From: Bdellovibrionales bacterium
GTDB taxonomy: Bacteria > Bdellovibrionota > Bdellovibrionia > Bdellovibrionales > JAKFYE01
Length of the DNA stretch: 64,000 nucleotides
Assembly: GCA_965206675.1 (NCBI GenBank)
Contig: CBDBKL010000005.1
Span: forward strand, 40,481 to 104,480
Direction: 5' to 3'
The number at the start of each line of letters is the position of its first letter. The stretch's first letter is position 1. Shown here piece by piece: positions 1 to 7,897 of this stretch. Below the pieces are notes generated by a model. It was not told the origin of the DNA. It searched no databases and was given only the letters and a program-made list of their open reading frames with translations. The position numbers and the translations under genes are program-made.

Positions 1-1
1 T

Positions 2-424
2 TTTATCTCTGGAGAGGAAAATTGTTATTCGTATTTAGGGAGACGGGGAGGTCATCAACCTATTGTACTATCTGATAAGTGTGAGTTTAAAGAAATTTTG
101 CATGAAGTGATGCACGCTTTGGGCTTTATTCATGAGCAGTCTCGCCCTGAAAGAGATAATTGGGTAGAGATTTTATGGAATAATATTAAGATGGAATTTA
201 AATCACAGTTTTCTGTTGTCCCAGAAGAATGGGTAGAACACTACAGAGGCGGACCTTTCGTGTTTGATTACAATTCCATTATGATTTACTGGCCGAATGC
301 ATTTGCTAGGTCACCAAATGTAAATACCATGCAATCCAAAACACATACGAAAATAGAACCCACAAAAGGTGCGTTGAGTCCTCTTGATATTGAGAGGCTT
401 TATGTTTTGTACGGCGACATTTAG
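2..424 (+). CDS. Astacin-family (M12A) zinc metallopeptidase, C-terminal part (5' end lies outside the window)
   Basis: The frame is open from the window edge (phase starting at nt 2). The translation CYSYLGRRGGHQPIVLSDKCEFKEILHEVMHALGFIHEQSRPERDNWV carries the extended astacin zinc signature HExxHxxGFxHExxRxDRD. A downstream SIMIY matches the Met-turn. Confidence 0.8.
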   Translation, partial: FISGEENCYSYLGRRGGHQPIVLSDKCEFKEILHEVMHALGFIHEQSRPERDNWVEILWNNIKMEFKSQFSVVPEEWVEHYRGGPFVFDYNSIMIYWPNAFARSPNVNTMQSKTHTKIEPTKGALSPLDIERLYVLYGDI

Positions 425-480
425 GCTTCGATTTGTATTTGTCTTATTTCGCAAATTTCTTTTTTGTTTTGAACTGGGAA

Positions 481-596
481 CTTTTTCTCAAGGATTTCAA
501 AAGCTCAAACAATTCTGAGGGCCGCAGGCTCGTCTCTCCCTTTGGGAGATACGCCCTGCGCCTCAGAAAACTCGTTTTGAAATCCTTGAGAAAAAG
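481..596. repeat. Palindromic intergenic repeat, family R1, full copy (about 116-nt foldback)
   Basis: The 5' arm ctttttctcaaggatttcaaaa pairs with the 3' arm ttttgaaatccttgagaaaaag. Inner stems are ttctgagg/cctcagaa, gccgcagg/cctgcgc and tctccc/gggaga. The core recurs at 32806-32925. The track ORF 433-687 is just this repeat read through. Confidence 0.85.
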
Positions 597-639
597 TTCC
601 CTCTGCAAGATTAAAATAAGTAAATGCGTCCTCTATCAC

Positions 640-690
640 GGTACGCCCTGCGCTCGGAGAAGAAAAAATAACCTCATCTCGTTTTAAGGG
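640..690. repeat. Partial (3'-half) copy of repeat family R1
   Basis: gtacgccctgcgctcgga...ctcgttttaa parallels atacgccctgcgcctcagaaaactcgttttgaa of the full copy about 90 nt upstream. Confidence 0.55.
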
Positions 691-985
691 GTGTTTGGTT
701 CAAAAAATAACTAAGAAGAAGATCGAGTGGGGCTGATAAAAACATCGTAAAATTTTCATGCTGAAAAGCCTAGAAATAAAGGAAAATATAAATATTATAG
801 GGTACTTAATGCGATACAACATATTTCTTTACATAACGCGTTATTATGGTTATACAATCAGTTAGGCGAGTTATGTTCTTTGACAGTTTTTTGAAGTGTC
901 AAAAAACTTCTTTTCTTTCAAAGAAATAGCTTTGTAGACTTAAAGAAGGTTGTTGAAGAGAGAGTATTTTTGGGAGGTTATTACA

Positions 986-1648
986 ATGACAAAAAAAATC
1001 CATTTTATTTTTCTTTTATTGGCTATGATTTTTGTTTATCAAGCAGAAGGTAATGAATCTTCATCTGAATCCACAACAACATCTTTATCATCTAAACTCT
1101 ATGCTGAAACTTCCTATGGTGAATCTTATGGGACAATGACTTATGAGGATGTAGAGACAGGTCAGGTAACAAGAAATCATATCCATATGAGTGGATTTTT
1201 AAATAGCTCTTCTAATAAATGGGGTTCAGAGGGAAAAGGCGAAGATATGGGGCGATTTAACTTTGGTCTTACCCACTTTAGAGGTCCGAGTGAATGGATT
1301 GGTGATGTCGCTATCCGTACAGAGTTAACAACTTATCGAGTGAATGGGCGACAGCCTGTAAAACTCGCAGCTCTTCCCATGCTTTTTTACCCTGAATGGA
1401 CTGATGAGTTTCCCATCTATTTTGGTATTGGTATGGGCTTGGGTATTATGTTTAATTCTCCCCAAAACGAATCAGCTTTTACTTTTGAATATCAAGCCTC
1501 TCTTGGTTTTAAATTTGATAAAATATTTTCTCCCTCTGAGGGTTGGGGCTTTTTTCTTGAAGGTGGAATCAAAAATCACCTGAACATTCTTTCAAGGGGA
1601 GAGTTTGACAGTGAGTATATTGCTGCAGGAGTTTCCTTCCAGCTTTAA
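986..1648 (+). CDS. Secreted hypothetical protein, possible outer-membrane beta-barrel
   Basis: A GGGAGG sequence lies 8 nt upstream of the ATG at 986. The N-terminus MTKKIHFIFLLLAMIFVYQAEG is signal-peptide-like. The sequence has alternating, aromatic-rich segments and ends ...AAGVSFQL. No family was recognised. Confidence 0.55.
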   Translation: MTKKIHFIFLLLAMIFVYQAEGNESSSESTTTSLSSKLYAETSYGESYGTMTYEDVETGQVTRNHIHMSGFLNSSSNKWGSEGKGEDMGRFNFGLTHFRGPSEWIGDVAIRTELTTYRVNGRQPVKLAALPMLFYPEWTDEFPIYFGIGMGLGIMFNSPQNESAFTFEYQASLGFKFDKIFSPSEGWGFFLEGGIKNHLNILSRGEFDSEYIAAGVSFQL

Positions 1649-1888
1649 AGAAGAAATTAAGAGTCTATCTTAAAACCAACCACCAACTGCGACTGCGGCC
1701 ATCTGCCTTCCAGTAAAAAATCGTGTTCCAAGCTACACCCATTTTTTGCTTTCATCCTTGTTGCACACAAATCACAAAGTTGGGGTAGGCTAACTTTACA
1801 GGGTTAGCTTAAATAATTGTGATATAAAAGAAAAAGCGTTATGTTCTGCCTTAAGTCTTAGTGAGTTCAAGAGGCTCTAGGCATAACT

Positions 1889-3556
1889 ATGAATTTTATA
1901 AAAAAGATCAAACTCAGCATTGCTATTGGTTTATTTTTTTCTGTGATATTGGCTTTTGCTGAAGACTCTAAAAAAGAAAAAGAAGAGATCCTCATTATAG
2001 AAAGCTCAGATGTTCTTTCAATCCCTTCGGGTGATAATGAGTTTGTACAACAAAAATTAAGTCCTGAGGAGCGGGATAAGATTTATAGTGAAGCACTTTC
2101 TGAGATGGCACAGCATAGTCATGGCACTCCAGAATGGGAAGCCGCTAATAAGAAAGCCATGCTCATTTTGCATAGGTCATTACAATATAAATTGAATCCT
2201 GATTTAAACATTGAAACGACAAATGAAGCTCCTGACCCCAAATTTGGTTTGGAGAATGAATTACGTGACCCTGTTACTACAGGTGGATTTTTTATAAATC
2301 CCATTTCGATAGGACTTTTGCATTTTACTCTTTTATCAATGGGCGCATCGGTACCACTACTAGACATTCTTAATGAGGGAAAGTGGCTGACTCTTTTCTC
2401 TATTCCAATTTTTGTTATTCTTCCGTCAAAGTATCACGAAGTATTAACACGAGTGAGATTAAAATTTCAAAAGAGAGGACGAGAAGTAAAAGATTATGAA
2501 ATAAAGAATGGAACGCAAGTTACAGATTTTATGGAGACAAATTTTTATACAGTGACAAGGCCAGATTTTGATGGACACAGTTTAGCAGAAGTAAAGTCAA
2601 AAAAGAAGGACGGAGATTGGGAACCAGAAATTGATGGAGTGTATGAAGAGCCAGATCTTGTTAGAGATCTTAATTGTTATACTTGTCCGGGTAATAGATC
2701 TTTTTGGTTATATCCGGCAACATCCAATCCATTTGTGAGCCAAGTAAATTCTTCTCCATCAACTGTGAGTGGATATGAAGCTAATAGATCTTTAATGGAT
2801 AGGGTTATGTTTCAGCCATCGAAAAACTTCGGGCTTCGTCCAGCAAGTTTTTTAGCTAGTGGTCATATTCATATGGATCAGAGATCTGCCTTTCGGGGAA
2901 ATCCTCAGTTATTAAGAGATTTCATTGTGGATATACTGAATCACTCGGGATTTATTTCAGGGCCATTGACGACACATGATAGATTAACGGCTTTAAGTCC
3001 ATTGCGAGACCTTCAAGCTATTCGACAGGTCATAGAGGATTTTGATAGAGGGGAGTATCAAAGTGTTGAGGAACTTGGAAATGCTCTATGGGTGGCGGGG
3101 TTCAGAAGGAGAGATATTCCATGGGTTGAGAATTCTATAAATCGCTTTTTTTATTTTTTAGAGGAAGTTTTATCAAAAATAAACTTGAGGTCTCTTCCAT
3201 CTATTAGTGCAGATAGAGCTATTCTTGTTCATTACGATACGATTGAATTTAGATTTTTACGTTCTCAGAAAAGTTCTGAGGAAATTATTAACTTTCTCAA
3301 ACTTTTTAAGGCCAGACTTCGATTTTTAGAAGAAAACCCTGGGGTTGAACTTGATCCTAATTTATCACGAAGAGTGCAGAGTCCGTTGGAAAAATATAGG
3401 CATATAAAAGATTATGTTGTTGAGGCGGGATTAGATTGGGAGCCTTATCGGCAAATGTTGCCTCGGTGGTGGAGAGTCATGACAGAGTCTCTTTTGAATT
3501 CTTCTGTTTGTCAGAGAATATTTTCTAGAACAGTTAAAAGTGAAGCATTACAATAA
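1889..3556 (+). CDS. Hypothetical 555-aa protein with hydrophobic N-terminus and amidoligase/GCS2-like motif triad
   Basis: This is a long ORF without internal stops. The N-terminus KLSIAIGLFFSVILAFA is hydrophobic, and two further hydrophobic stretches are present (FFINPISIGLLHFTLLSMGASVPLL and WLTLFSIPIFVILPS). Three motifs, FGLENEL, SGHIHMD and DTIEFRF, resemble the carboxylate-amine ligase (Amidoligase_2/GCS2) pattern. This comes from memory and is unverified. Confidence 0.6.
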   Translation: MNFIKKIKLSIAIGLFFSVILAFAEDSKKEKEEILIIESSDVLSIPSGDNEFVQQKLSPEERDKIYSEALSEMAQHSHGTPEWEAANKKAMLILHRSLQYKLNPDLNIETTNEAPDPKFGLENELRDPVTTGGFFINPISIGLLHFTLLSMGASVPLLDILNEGKWLTLFSIPIFVILPSKYHEVLTRVRLKFQKRGREVKDYEIKNGTQVTDFMETNFYTVTRPDFDGHSLAEVKSKKKDGDWEPEIDGVYEEPDLVRDLNCYTCPGNRSFWLYPATSNPFVSQVNSSPSTVSGYEANRSLMDRVMFQPSKNFGLRPASFLASGHIHMDQRSAFRGNPQLLRDFIVDILNHSGFISGPLTTHDRLTALSPLRDLQAIRQVIEDFDRGEYQSVEELGNALWVAGFRRRDIPWVENSINRFFYFLEEVLSKINLRSLPSISADRAILVHYDTIEFRFLRSQKSSEEIINFLKLFKARLRFLEENPGVELDPNLSRRVQSPLEKYRHIKDYVVEAGLDWEPYRQMLPRWWRVMTESLLNSSVCQRIFSRTVKSEALQ

Positions 3557-3689
3557 GTGGTTTATAAGAGCAGACGGTTCAGTTGATTAGAGTGGATACT
3601 TTTGTGAACGGGAAAAAGAGGGTTGCATATATATTACCTAATACCTATACTTTTTAAGAGTTGTACTAGCTTTGAATTAGGAGTGAGGC

Positions 3690-4397
3690 ATGTTTATTAA
3701 AAGTTTATTTTTGTGTTTTCTGAGTATTTTTATTTTGGTTTCTTGTGCTATTCCATCGCAATCACCTAATACGGCTCGAACTTTAGGCAATGGCAACTGG
3801 CAGTTTCAAGCTGGTGGGGGAGCTCTTATTGATATGGAGACTGGTGTGGACATGACGACTGATGGAACGGTTGTCAGTAAAAACGAAAAATATACGGAAG
3901 AAAGGGGTTGGTTGCTAATTGCTAGAGGATTTGGTGAGAATTTTGATGGGGCCCTTACTTTTGAATATTCAGGTAATCTTATTTTTGGGCTTCGTGGTAA
4001 ATATGCTTTTATTAACAATGATGAGGGTTTTTCTCTTGCGGGGTATTCGGAAATTTTCTCATCTGATGTGTCCGGTGTGCATTTTGGTCCAATTCTCAGT
4101 TATAAAACGAATTTATTGGAACCCTATTTGGGTGTGAGTTATCGTATTTTAACCTCGGCTGGCAAAGAGGCCTGTTCTGAAAATTTTAGTCAAGAGACAG
4201 GGTTTTCAAGGTTCATTGGAGATATTGTAAGGAGAGCTCAATGTAGAAATCTTTCCTATATGCAGGCTGTTTTAGGTTTTAATTTCTGGGTTAATGAAAA
4301 TGCTGCAATCAATGTACATACTAATTATTTGAAAGTCATTGGTGAGAGAGGTTCTTATATTTTTGCTCCCGGAGTAGGTTTGGCTTTAGGGTTTTAA
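3690..4397 (+). CDS. Lipoprotein / outer-membrane beta-barrel-like hypothetical protein
   Basis: A GGAGTGAGG sequence precedes the ATG. The signal plus lipobox reads FLSIFILVSC. The protein is Gly/aromatic-rich with a C-terminal ...GVGLALGF (terminal Phe, typical of OMPs). Confidence 0.6.
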   Translation: MFIKSLFLCFLSIFILVSCAIPSQSPNTARTLGNGNWQFQAGGGALIDMETGVDMTTDGTVVSKNEKYTEERGWLLIARGFGENFDGALTFEYSGNLIFGLRGKYAFINNDEGFSLAGYSEIFSSDVSGVHFGPILSYKTNLLEPYLGVSYRILTSAGKEACSENFSQETGFSRFIGDIVRRAQCRNLSYMQAVLGFNFWVNENAAINVHTNYLKVIGERGSYIFAPGVGLALGF

Positions 4398-4424
4398 ATT
4401 ATTTAAGATATTTCTTTAAAAAGT

Positions 4425-4499
4425 TGGATGGGGTGGCAGGATTCGAACCTGCGAATGACGGAATCAAAATCCGTTGACTTACCACTTGTCGACACCCCA
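4425..4499 (-). tRNA. tRNA-Gln (anticodon UUG), CCA encoded
   Basis: The reverse complement reads TGGGGTG-TC-GAC-AAGTGGTAA-GTC-A-ACGGA-TTTTGAT-TCCGT-CATTC-GCAGG-TTCGAAT-CCTGC-CACCCCA-T-CCA. This is a full cloverleaf with a canonical T-loop, and the anticodon loop TT-TTG-AT gives UUG. It is very similar in layout to E. coli tRNA-Gln. Confidence 0.93.
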
Positions 4500-4835
4500 A
4501 ATACATCTAGGCAAAAATCTAACACTAAGAGATCATTCGAATCAATGAGTCATTTCATGCCTTCTAGGGAAGATAAATACCAGCACTCAAGGGTTTTTAG
4601 GAGAGGTATGGCGAATTTTTAGCGTGTGTAAGGCGATAATGAGGCTATTGAGGGGATAAACTTATAGATCCACATAGAGGAGATATAAAACTTCAAAAAG
4701 TAGAGTCGTAAAATTACAGTAGGTGTTTTTACACACTCTGTCAGTGTAGGTGATTCAAAGAGATATCAATATTAGATATTTTAAACCTCATTAAGAGGAC
4801 TAAAAGGAGGAGGGATTCGATTGGCCATTAAAAGG

Positions 4836-5126
4836 TTAGGCGACTTTTCGTTCAGGATGATGATGGTGGCTTTTATTTAATTCTTCTTTGTAAACTTTAA
4901 AAACAGCACGTTCAATCATCTTTCGTGTCTCTGTATTTAATGGATGTGCAATATCTTTAAATTGCCCATCCTTTCTCTTCTTGCTGGGCATAGAGACAAA
5001 AAGTCCATGGGTTCCTTTTATAATTTTTAAATCTCTAATAACAAAGCAACCATTTAAAGTGATGGATACATAAGCTTTCAATCGTTCTTCATTAACTGGA
5101 AACACTCTTATATCTGTGATTCTCAT
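4836..5126 (-). CDS. spoVG: Septation/regulatory protein SpoVG
   Basis: MRITDIRVFPVNEERLKAYVSITLNGCFVIRDLKIIKGTHGLFVSMPSKKRKDGQFKDIAHPLNTETRKMIERAV is the characteristic SpoVG sequence. I prefer the ATG at 5126, preceded by GGGAGAAG, over the track start at 5138. Confidence 0.9.
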   Translation of the reverse strand: MRITDIRVFPVNEERLKAYVSITLNGCFVIRDLKIIKGTHGLFVSMPSKKRKDGQFKDIAHPLNTETRKMIERAVFKVYKEELNKSHHHHPERKVA

Positions 5127-5229
5127 ATCTTCTCCCATTAGTTTTTAAGCACCTCTACCACTATTCATACTAACGGCTAATTTTGGAAAAAACTTGAGTG
5201 TTTTCCAATGAGTTAAGTGTTCACCTTGG

Positions 5230-5359
5230 GTATCAAAGAATTAGTCAGTGTTGAAATATGTGTCAATTTTAAGTGACTTATGATTCGGATCAGATATCAA
5301 GGAATTAGTCAGTACGACTTAGTTAATTTCATAGTGTGTGTATCAAGATGTATCAAAAG
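5230..5359. promoter_or_regulatory. Repeated TATCAA(A/G)GAATTAGTCAGT boxes and shorter GTATCAA repeats in the spoVG upstream region
   Basis: The 19-mers at 5231-5249 and 5295-5313 are 18/19 identical and 64 nt apart. Additional (G/A)TATCA(A/T) copies lie near 5340, 5350 and 5402. All fall in the 385-bp non-coding stretch upstream of spoVG. Confidence 0.45.
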
Positions 5360-5523
5360 AAAGCATCTCGGAGAGCGGAAAGTTTTATTTCTTTTCCGGG
5401 TGTATCATGAAAGGTCATCAAATTGCAGGCTAAAAGCTGGAGAGGGAAAAGTCGATTAGATTCCTCCTTTCTTAGATATCGTAGTAAATATATCTGAAAA
5501 AGGAGGTCTTTAGAATCTTTTCT

Positions 5524-6096
5524 TTATTGTTGATCTACGCTAAGAATAAAGCTGATATCATCAGATGAATTTTTGCTTTCCCAGCGGCCTGGTCTTATTG
5601 ATCTCAACTCTTCGGTCACTACTACAGAAGAGGAGTGACCCATACTGCTACCCATGAGTGTTGTTTCAACAATAACCTGACTGTTCATTAACTGTCTTCT
5701 TGTTACTATCTGATGTGTGGCAGTATATTGCTCACCTGGAGTGAAAGGGAAGGAGCGTGGTCCAATGTTGAGTTGATAATCATTTCTATTGTAAGGATCA
5801 ATTGCTGCTCCGATCAAATGTGCTAGTGTTATTCTGCCATCAGTCATATTAAAAATAAGATCAACACCATTCAACTGATTAAAAGCCTCAAAAGTTTTTG
5901 CAGTAAGACTGATATTATATGTATTATAACCATCACGGTTTGATCTAGAGCTATCACCGTTGACAACACCTAGAGCAGTATATGGATCGCTATTTGCAGA
6001 TTGTGGAGTTCGGCTGCTAGTATCTTTAGCCCCAGACATCGCACAAGAACATAAAGCAAAAACACTGAATAAAGCCAGTAAAATATGAGTTTTCAT
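5524..6096 (-). CDS. Lipoprotein, hypothetical
   Basis: An AGGAGG sequence lies 7 nt upstream of the ATG at 6096. MKTHILLALFSVFALCSCAMSG gives a signal peptide plus lipobox. No family was recognised. Confidence 0.6.
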   Translation of the reverse strand: MKTHILLALFSVFALCSCAMSGAKDTSSRTPQSANSDPYTALGVVNGDSSRSNRDGYNTYNISLTAKTFEAFNQLNGVDLIFNMTDGRITLAHLIGAAIDPYNRNDYQLNIGPRSFPFTPGEQYTATHQIVTRRQLMNSQVIVETTLMGSSMGHSSSVVVTEELRSIRPGRWESKNSSDDISFILSVDQQ

Positions 6097-6178
6097 AAAA
6101 ATTCCTCCTATGTTTGATGAAATCAAATTTAAGAAAAGCATATATATATGCAAGCCTTTTTTCTCCTTCACAAAAACA

Positions 6179-6224
6179 CCTACCATAGTCTGGCCTTTTG
6201 TCCTCTCATTAAAAATGAGTACAG
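6179..6224. repeat. Direct repeat copy 1 (about 46 nt) flanking the ATPase/wHTH cassette
   Basis: ctaccatagtctggccttttgtcctctcattaaaaatgagtacagg compared with 7847-7890 is about 90 percent identical. It contains a small hairpin, ctcatt-n-aatgag. Confidence 0.8.
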
Positions 6225-6267
6225 GAAGCTTGTTGAGAAGAAAAACTGAAAAATAAAACTGACTATC

Positions 6268-7422
6268 TCAATATGAGCGACAAAGACTTAAGATATCATC
6301 TGGTTTTAAAGATGAAATATCATTAAATTTTTGACCGACTAAGGAAATCAATTGAGGTTCAAACTCTGGATACCTTTTACAAAAAATCTCAACCCCTCGA
6401 ATATCTTTTCGATGACATTGATTTGATTTCACTTCTAAAGCCCAATGTTCATCATTAGGACCTATAACTATAAAATCCACCTCTAAAGAGCGTTCCTTCC
6501 AATAAAAAACATTCCACCCCGCTTCGATAAATCTTGCACCAATACTATTTTCAAAATACCTTCCGAAACGTTCTGAGCTTAAATTCGCTTCCACAGGACG
6601 TTCAAAAGCTCTCATAAGCCCATTGTCATGAACAATAAGTTTAGGACTGCTTTTTTTTCTACGAATCACCGATGGAGTATACTTCTCTAAACTTGAAACC
6701 AAAAAACTTTGAGATAACAAATTAAGATAATGCTGTAGGGTTGGAATACTACCCCTTTTTTGAAGTTGTCCCTGAAGCTTTTGTAAGCTAATAATCTGAG
6801 CTGGCAACCGAATAGCTAAACCAAAAACTTGCCTTAAAAGAGCGGGATTTTCCACAGGATGTAATTGCAATAAATCTTTTCCCAAAACAGGTTCTACAAT
6901 GGAATCTTGAATATAATTAGCCCATCTATTTGAATCTGTTAAAAAACGATAAGCTCCTGGATAACATCCAAATTCAATATATTTTTTCAAATTCAAACCA
7001 AAAATACTTTTAGCTTCAGAATAATTCCAATGTTCTGCTCGTATAAGTTCAAAGCGGCCTGCCAAGGATTCCTTTAAACCCTTCTCCATAAGAAGTGCTG
7101 AAGAGCCTGTAAGAACCACTTTCAGTTTAGGTCCTTTATCCCATAATGATTTCACAACATGGCTCCAATCAGGAATTTTTTGAATTTCATCTATTGCTAA
7201 AATTCCTGAAGTTTTCTTTTGAGCCTGTTTCCACCAAATAGAAAGAGCGTCTGAAGTTATCGGAATAGATTCATCGGCAGAATAATACTGATCTCCAGCC
7301 CCCAAAATAGCTTTTAACATTGTTGTTTTGCCGATCTGCCGAGGTCCTACAAGAACCTGAATAAGAGGTTCTTTTTCAGCCAATCGTCTTCGCAGTAATT
7401 GAACTAACTTTCTGTTTTTCAT
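6268..7422 (-). CDS. AAA+ ATPase of the AAA_14/DUF4143 type
   Basis: The Walker A motif is VLVGPRQIGKTT and the Walker B-like motif is ILAIDEIQ. The overall architecture matches the widespread ATP-binding protein family with a C-terminal DUF4143-like region (recalled from memory). The start at 7422 (MKNRK...) is preferred over 7455. Confidence 0.7.
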   Translation of the reverse strand: MKNRKLVQLLRRRLAEKEPLIQVLVGPRQIGKTTMLKAILGAGDQYYSADESIPITSDALSIWWKQAQKKTSGILAIDEIQKIPDWSHVVKSLWDKGPKLKVVLTGSSALLMEKGLKESLAGRFELIRAEHWNYSEAKSIFGLNLKKYIEFGCYPGAYRFLTDSNRWANYIQDSIVEPVLGKDLLQLHPVENPALLRQVFGLAIRLPAQIISLQKLQGQLQKRGSIPTLQHYLNLLSQSFLVSSLEKYTPSVIRRKKSSPKLIVHDNGLMRAFERPVEANLSSERFGRYFENSIGARFIEAGWNVFYWKERSLEVDFIVIGPNDEHWALEVKSNQCHRKDIRGVEIFCKRYPEFEPQLISLVGQKFNDISSLKPDDILSLCRSY

Positions 7423-7519
7423 AGTATTTTTAGTAAAGTAGCAGATATAATACAATTTGTAAAGATTATTTTACAAATTGTTCATAAAATTTTAAACACA
7501 GAGAAATGAAATAGCGATT

Positions 7520-7780
7520 TTATATTTTTCGTTTTAAAAATTTGTATTGAGTTTGATTTTTTTCACCATACTTTTTGAGATTACCTTCAGAAACACCACG
7601 CTTTAAATCGCGACTTGCTGTTGCACTTGAAATCGTCTTAAACAATTGGCAGTATTCCTTTCGTGTAAAAAGCTGCCCCAGAAGATTTGAAATATCTGCG
7701 ACAAGATTGTTCGATTTATTCGTTATTTTATACGGAGATCCCATACTTTGATATGTATCATTTGATACTATCAAAGTCAC
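7520..7780 (-). CDS. Small winged-helix-like protein, possibly an orphan fragment
   Basis: FTRKEYCQLFKTISSATASRDLKRGVSEGNLKKYGEKNQTQYKF resembles the C-terminal wHTH of Fic/RecG-like regulators. Compare the tail of the Fic gene in this window, TKRTLQRDLKDMLEKKIIRATGATNQQSYRL. The start codon is uncertain. Confidence 0.4.
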   Translation of the reverse strand: MTLIVSNDTYQSMGSPYKITNKSNNLVADISNLLGQLFTRKEYCQLFKTISSATASRDLKRGVSEGNLKKYGEKNQTQYKFLKRKI

Positions 7781-7846
7781 TCACAAAATGTTTTTGCATG
7801 TTTTTCTTAGGTTCTCAAAAATTGAGTTGGCCTAATTAAAAATATC

Positions 7847-7890
7847 TACCATAGTCTGGCTTTTTGTCTTCTCACTAAAAATGAGTACGA
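7847..7890. repeat. Direct repeat copy 2 flanking the ATPase/wHTH cassette
   Basis: ctaccatagtctggctttttgtcttctcactaaaaatgagtacgag matches 6179-6224. Confidence 0.8.
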
Positions 7891-7897
7891 GATAAAT

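Noticed and set aside
433-687. 84-aa plus-strand track ORF downstream of the astacin gene
   Set aside because: It is composed almost entirely of the R1 palindromic repeat and its half copy. The same core occurs non-coding at 32806-32925, and the ORF has no RBS or plausible protein features.
775-802. AT-rich similarity between aataaaggaaaatataaatatt (775-802) and aataaagaaaatataaatatt (41151-41171), a possible third repeat family
   Set aside because: The exact match is only about 15-20 nt of low-complexity A/T sequence and the flanks align poorly. In an AT-rich 64-kb window this is within chance expectation.
1649-1888. Relatively GC-rich stretch in the spacer (ccaaccaccaactgcgactgcggccatctgcc ... 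cttgttgcacacaaatcacaaagttggggtagg) that loosely resembles the R2 core (ttgttgcaatcactcaaacc)
   Set aside because: The similarity is limited to about 12 scattered positions, and I could not pair convincing terminal stems. It may be a decayed element or a gene remnant, but the sequence alone does not support a call.
4428-4622. 64-aa plus-strand ORF
   Set aside because: Its first third is the reverse complement of the tRNA-Gln gene, so this is an artefact of an open frame.
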